64,000 bases of DNA from Porphyridium purpureum (lineage: Eukaryota). This document shows, one piece after another, positions 62,414 to 64,000 of this stretch (position 1 is its first letter; each line of letters opens with the position of its first letter). Below the pieces are notes generated by a model that was not told the origin of the DNA, did no database searches, and worked only from the letters and a program-made list of their open reading frames with translations. The position numbers and the translations under genes are program-made. The stretch lies in NCBI GenBank assembly GCA_008690995.1, contig VRMN01000006.1, positions 248,001-312,000 on the forward strand. Direction: 5' to 3'.

Positions 62414-62678
62414 AACCGTGTGTGAACCGTTTGTGAACCGTGTGTGAACTGTGTGTGAACCGTTTGTGGACTGCCTATGAACTGTCTATGAACTACGTGT
62501 GAACTACGTGTGAACTGCGTGCGAACCGTTTGTGCGAACCGTTTGTGCGAACCGTGTGTGAACCGTGTGTGGACTGTCCATGAACTGTCTGTGAACTGCG
62601 TATGAGCTGCGTATGAGCTGCGTGCGAACCGTTTGTGTGAACCGTTTGTGCGGACCGTTTGTGCGAACCGTTTGTGTG
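62414..62678. repeat. Minisatellite, ~23 units of 11/13 bp (AACCGTKTGTG / AACCGTTTGTGYG) with ~103-bp higher-order duplication
   Basis: Units parsed by eye; the variant block starting GACTG recurs at 62469 and 62572. Confidence 0.92.
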
Positions 62679-63072
62679 CCGGTTGGCGGGTGGCGGTGGC
62701 GCGGCGATCGGCGGCCGTGAGCGGCGCAGCTGTGTGTTGCGGAGATTGCGCGCACGCGGCCGAGGCACCAGCGGCCTTTCTGCGCGTGGAGTGTGTGCTT
62801 TGTGTGTGTGCCTAATTGAGCGTGTTTTGGAGGCGCGCGCCCAAGCGGCGAGTGCGCAACGCGGTGCGACGACAACACAGAACCCCACGAGCGCGCGTGT
62901 GCTTTTTGCGGCCCTTGGAGAGAACGGCTCTGTGGAGGGGTGGGAGTGGCGCAGGTAGGATGAGATGTGGATGGGCCTGAACGGTGCGTGGAGGTCGGGG
63001 TGCAGGTGGGGGGGAGACAGACGGAAGAGGTGGGTGGCGGACGGAGAGTGCGAAGGAGAGGGGGAGGGGAGG

Positions 63073-64000
63073 ATGCTTGGGTTTGTGGGCGCTGCGGGAG
63101 CGGGCTCGGCCGTCGCGAGCCAGAATGGCGCCGCCGCGGTGTGTGGTGCGCAGAGCGCGTCTGCGTTTGTCGGCGCACCTGCCGCGCACGCGCAGGCGCG
63201 CTGCGCCGCGACTGGCGCGCCCGCCTCGCGTCGCCATGATGGCGTCCGACGTCGGGAAGAACGGCCGCGAAACGCCAATGAGCAAGTACAGAAACATCGG
63301 CATCTGCGCGCACATCGACGCCGGAAAAACCACCACCACCGAGCGCATCCTCTTCTACACGGGCAAGTCGTACAAGATTGGAGAGGTGCACGACGGCGCC
63401 GCGACAATGGACTGGATGGTCCAGGAGCAGGAGCGCGGCATCACCATCACGTCCGCCGCCACCACCGCGTTCTGGAAGGACCACCGCGTGAATATCATTG
63501 ACACGCCCGGCCACGTCGACTTTACGCTCGAGGTGGAGCGATCCCTTCGAGTGCTGGACGGCGCCGTAGCTGTGTTTGACTCGGTGTCGGGCGTGGAGCC
63601 GCAGTCTGAGACCGTGTGGCGCCAGGCAGACAAGTACCGCGTGCCGCGCATGTGCTTCTGCAACAAGATGGACCGCACGGGCGCAGACTTCTTCAACTGC
63701 GTGCAGATGATCAAGGACAACCTCAAGGCCAACCCGGCCGTCATCCAGCTGCCCGTCGGAAAGGAGTCGGACTTCAAGGGCGTGATTGACCTGGTCGAAA
63801 TGAAGGCGATTATCTGGCTCGAGGAGACGCTGGGCGCGCAGTTTGAGGTGGGCGAGATTCCGGAGGACATGAGGGAGGAAGCAGAGGAGTGGCGCACCAC
63901 GCTGATTGAGCAGGCCATTGAGTACGACGACGAAGTCATGGAGCAGTACTTGGAAGGCAAGGAGCCTGACGTGCCGACCCTGAAGCGCCTGCTGCGCAAG
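63073..64000 (+). CDS. fusA: Plastid elongation factor G (5' part; runs off the window end)
   Basis: [48 protein letters not shown]. The transit-like MLGFVG..SAFVG (ATG 63073) is out of frame; in-frame ATGs are at 63125 and 63236. Confidence 0.95.

Noticed and set aside
62414..62678. Possible CRISPR array or telomeric repeat
   Set aside because: Units are contiguous 11-13-mers without unique spacers, there are no cas genes, the context is eukaryotic, and it does not resemble a telomere array.
63355..63999. 214-aa minus-strand ORF
   Set aside because: Antisense shadow of EF-G, which the ORF track missed because it has no stop inside the window.
1..64000. tRNA, rRNA or other structured RNA genes
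   Set aside because: None recognised by eye; a tRNAscan-SE/Infernal run would be needed to exclude snoRNAs or other small RNAs.

Overview
Gene-dense, nearly intron-free, GC-rich eukaryotic nuclear DNA. It is most consistent with a unicellular red alga (Porphyridium-like); this is inferred from plastid transit peptides with the rhodophyte N-terminal Phe motif (MAFQV, MEGGFV, MLGFV) and the scarcity of introns. About 35 protein-coding genes are supported, mostly housekeeping: ARMC6, Nup85, a PH-CaMK kinase, plastid LPD, R2R3-MYB, RAD23, ITFG1/LINKIN, NDUFV1, UMP1, a phosphate carrier, ribokinase, TRM6, CDK7, sulfite oxidase, NAD kinase, CDC73, DnaJ, ECI1 and a partial plastid EF-G. Less usual genes are a Patched-type SSD protein, an LRS serpin, an SfsA-like nuclease, a cellular RdRP, an Arf-like pseudo-GTPase and a longin(+roadblock-like) protein. 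An accessory zone (about 11.8-18.4 kb) holds an orphan Cys/His-motif protein, a decayed ORF, an intact Tc1 (DD34E) transposon with perfect 28-bp TIRs and TA duplications, and a tandem pair of unknown paralogous small genes with matching G-box+TATA promoters. The first 2.7 kb are relics of two pseudogenes (DGAT1-like and 2OG-Fe(II) oxygenase-like). Non-coding patterns include a recurrent CTGTAC/GTACAG (+telo-box) promoter motif, an 11/13-bp higher-order minisatellite in a bidirectional promoter, and frame breaks in GC-rich 5' regions of several genes (probably assembly indels). All family assignments come from motif recognition by eye; no database searches were run.
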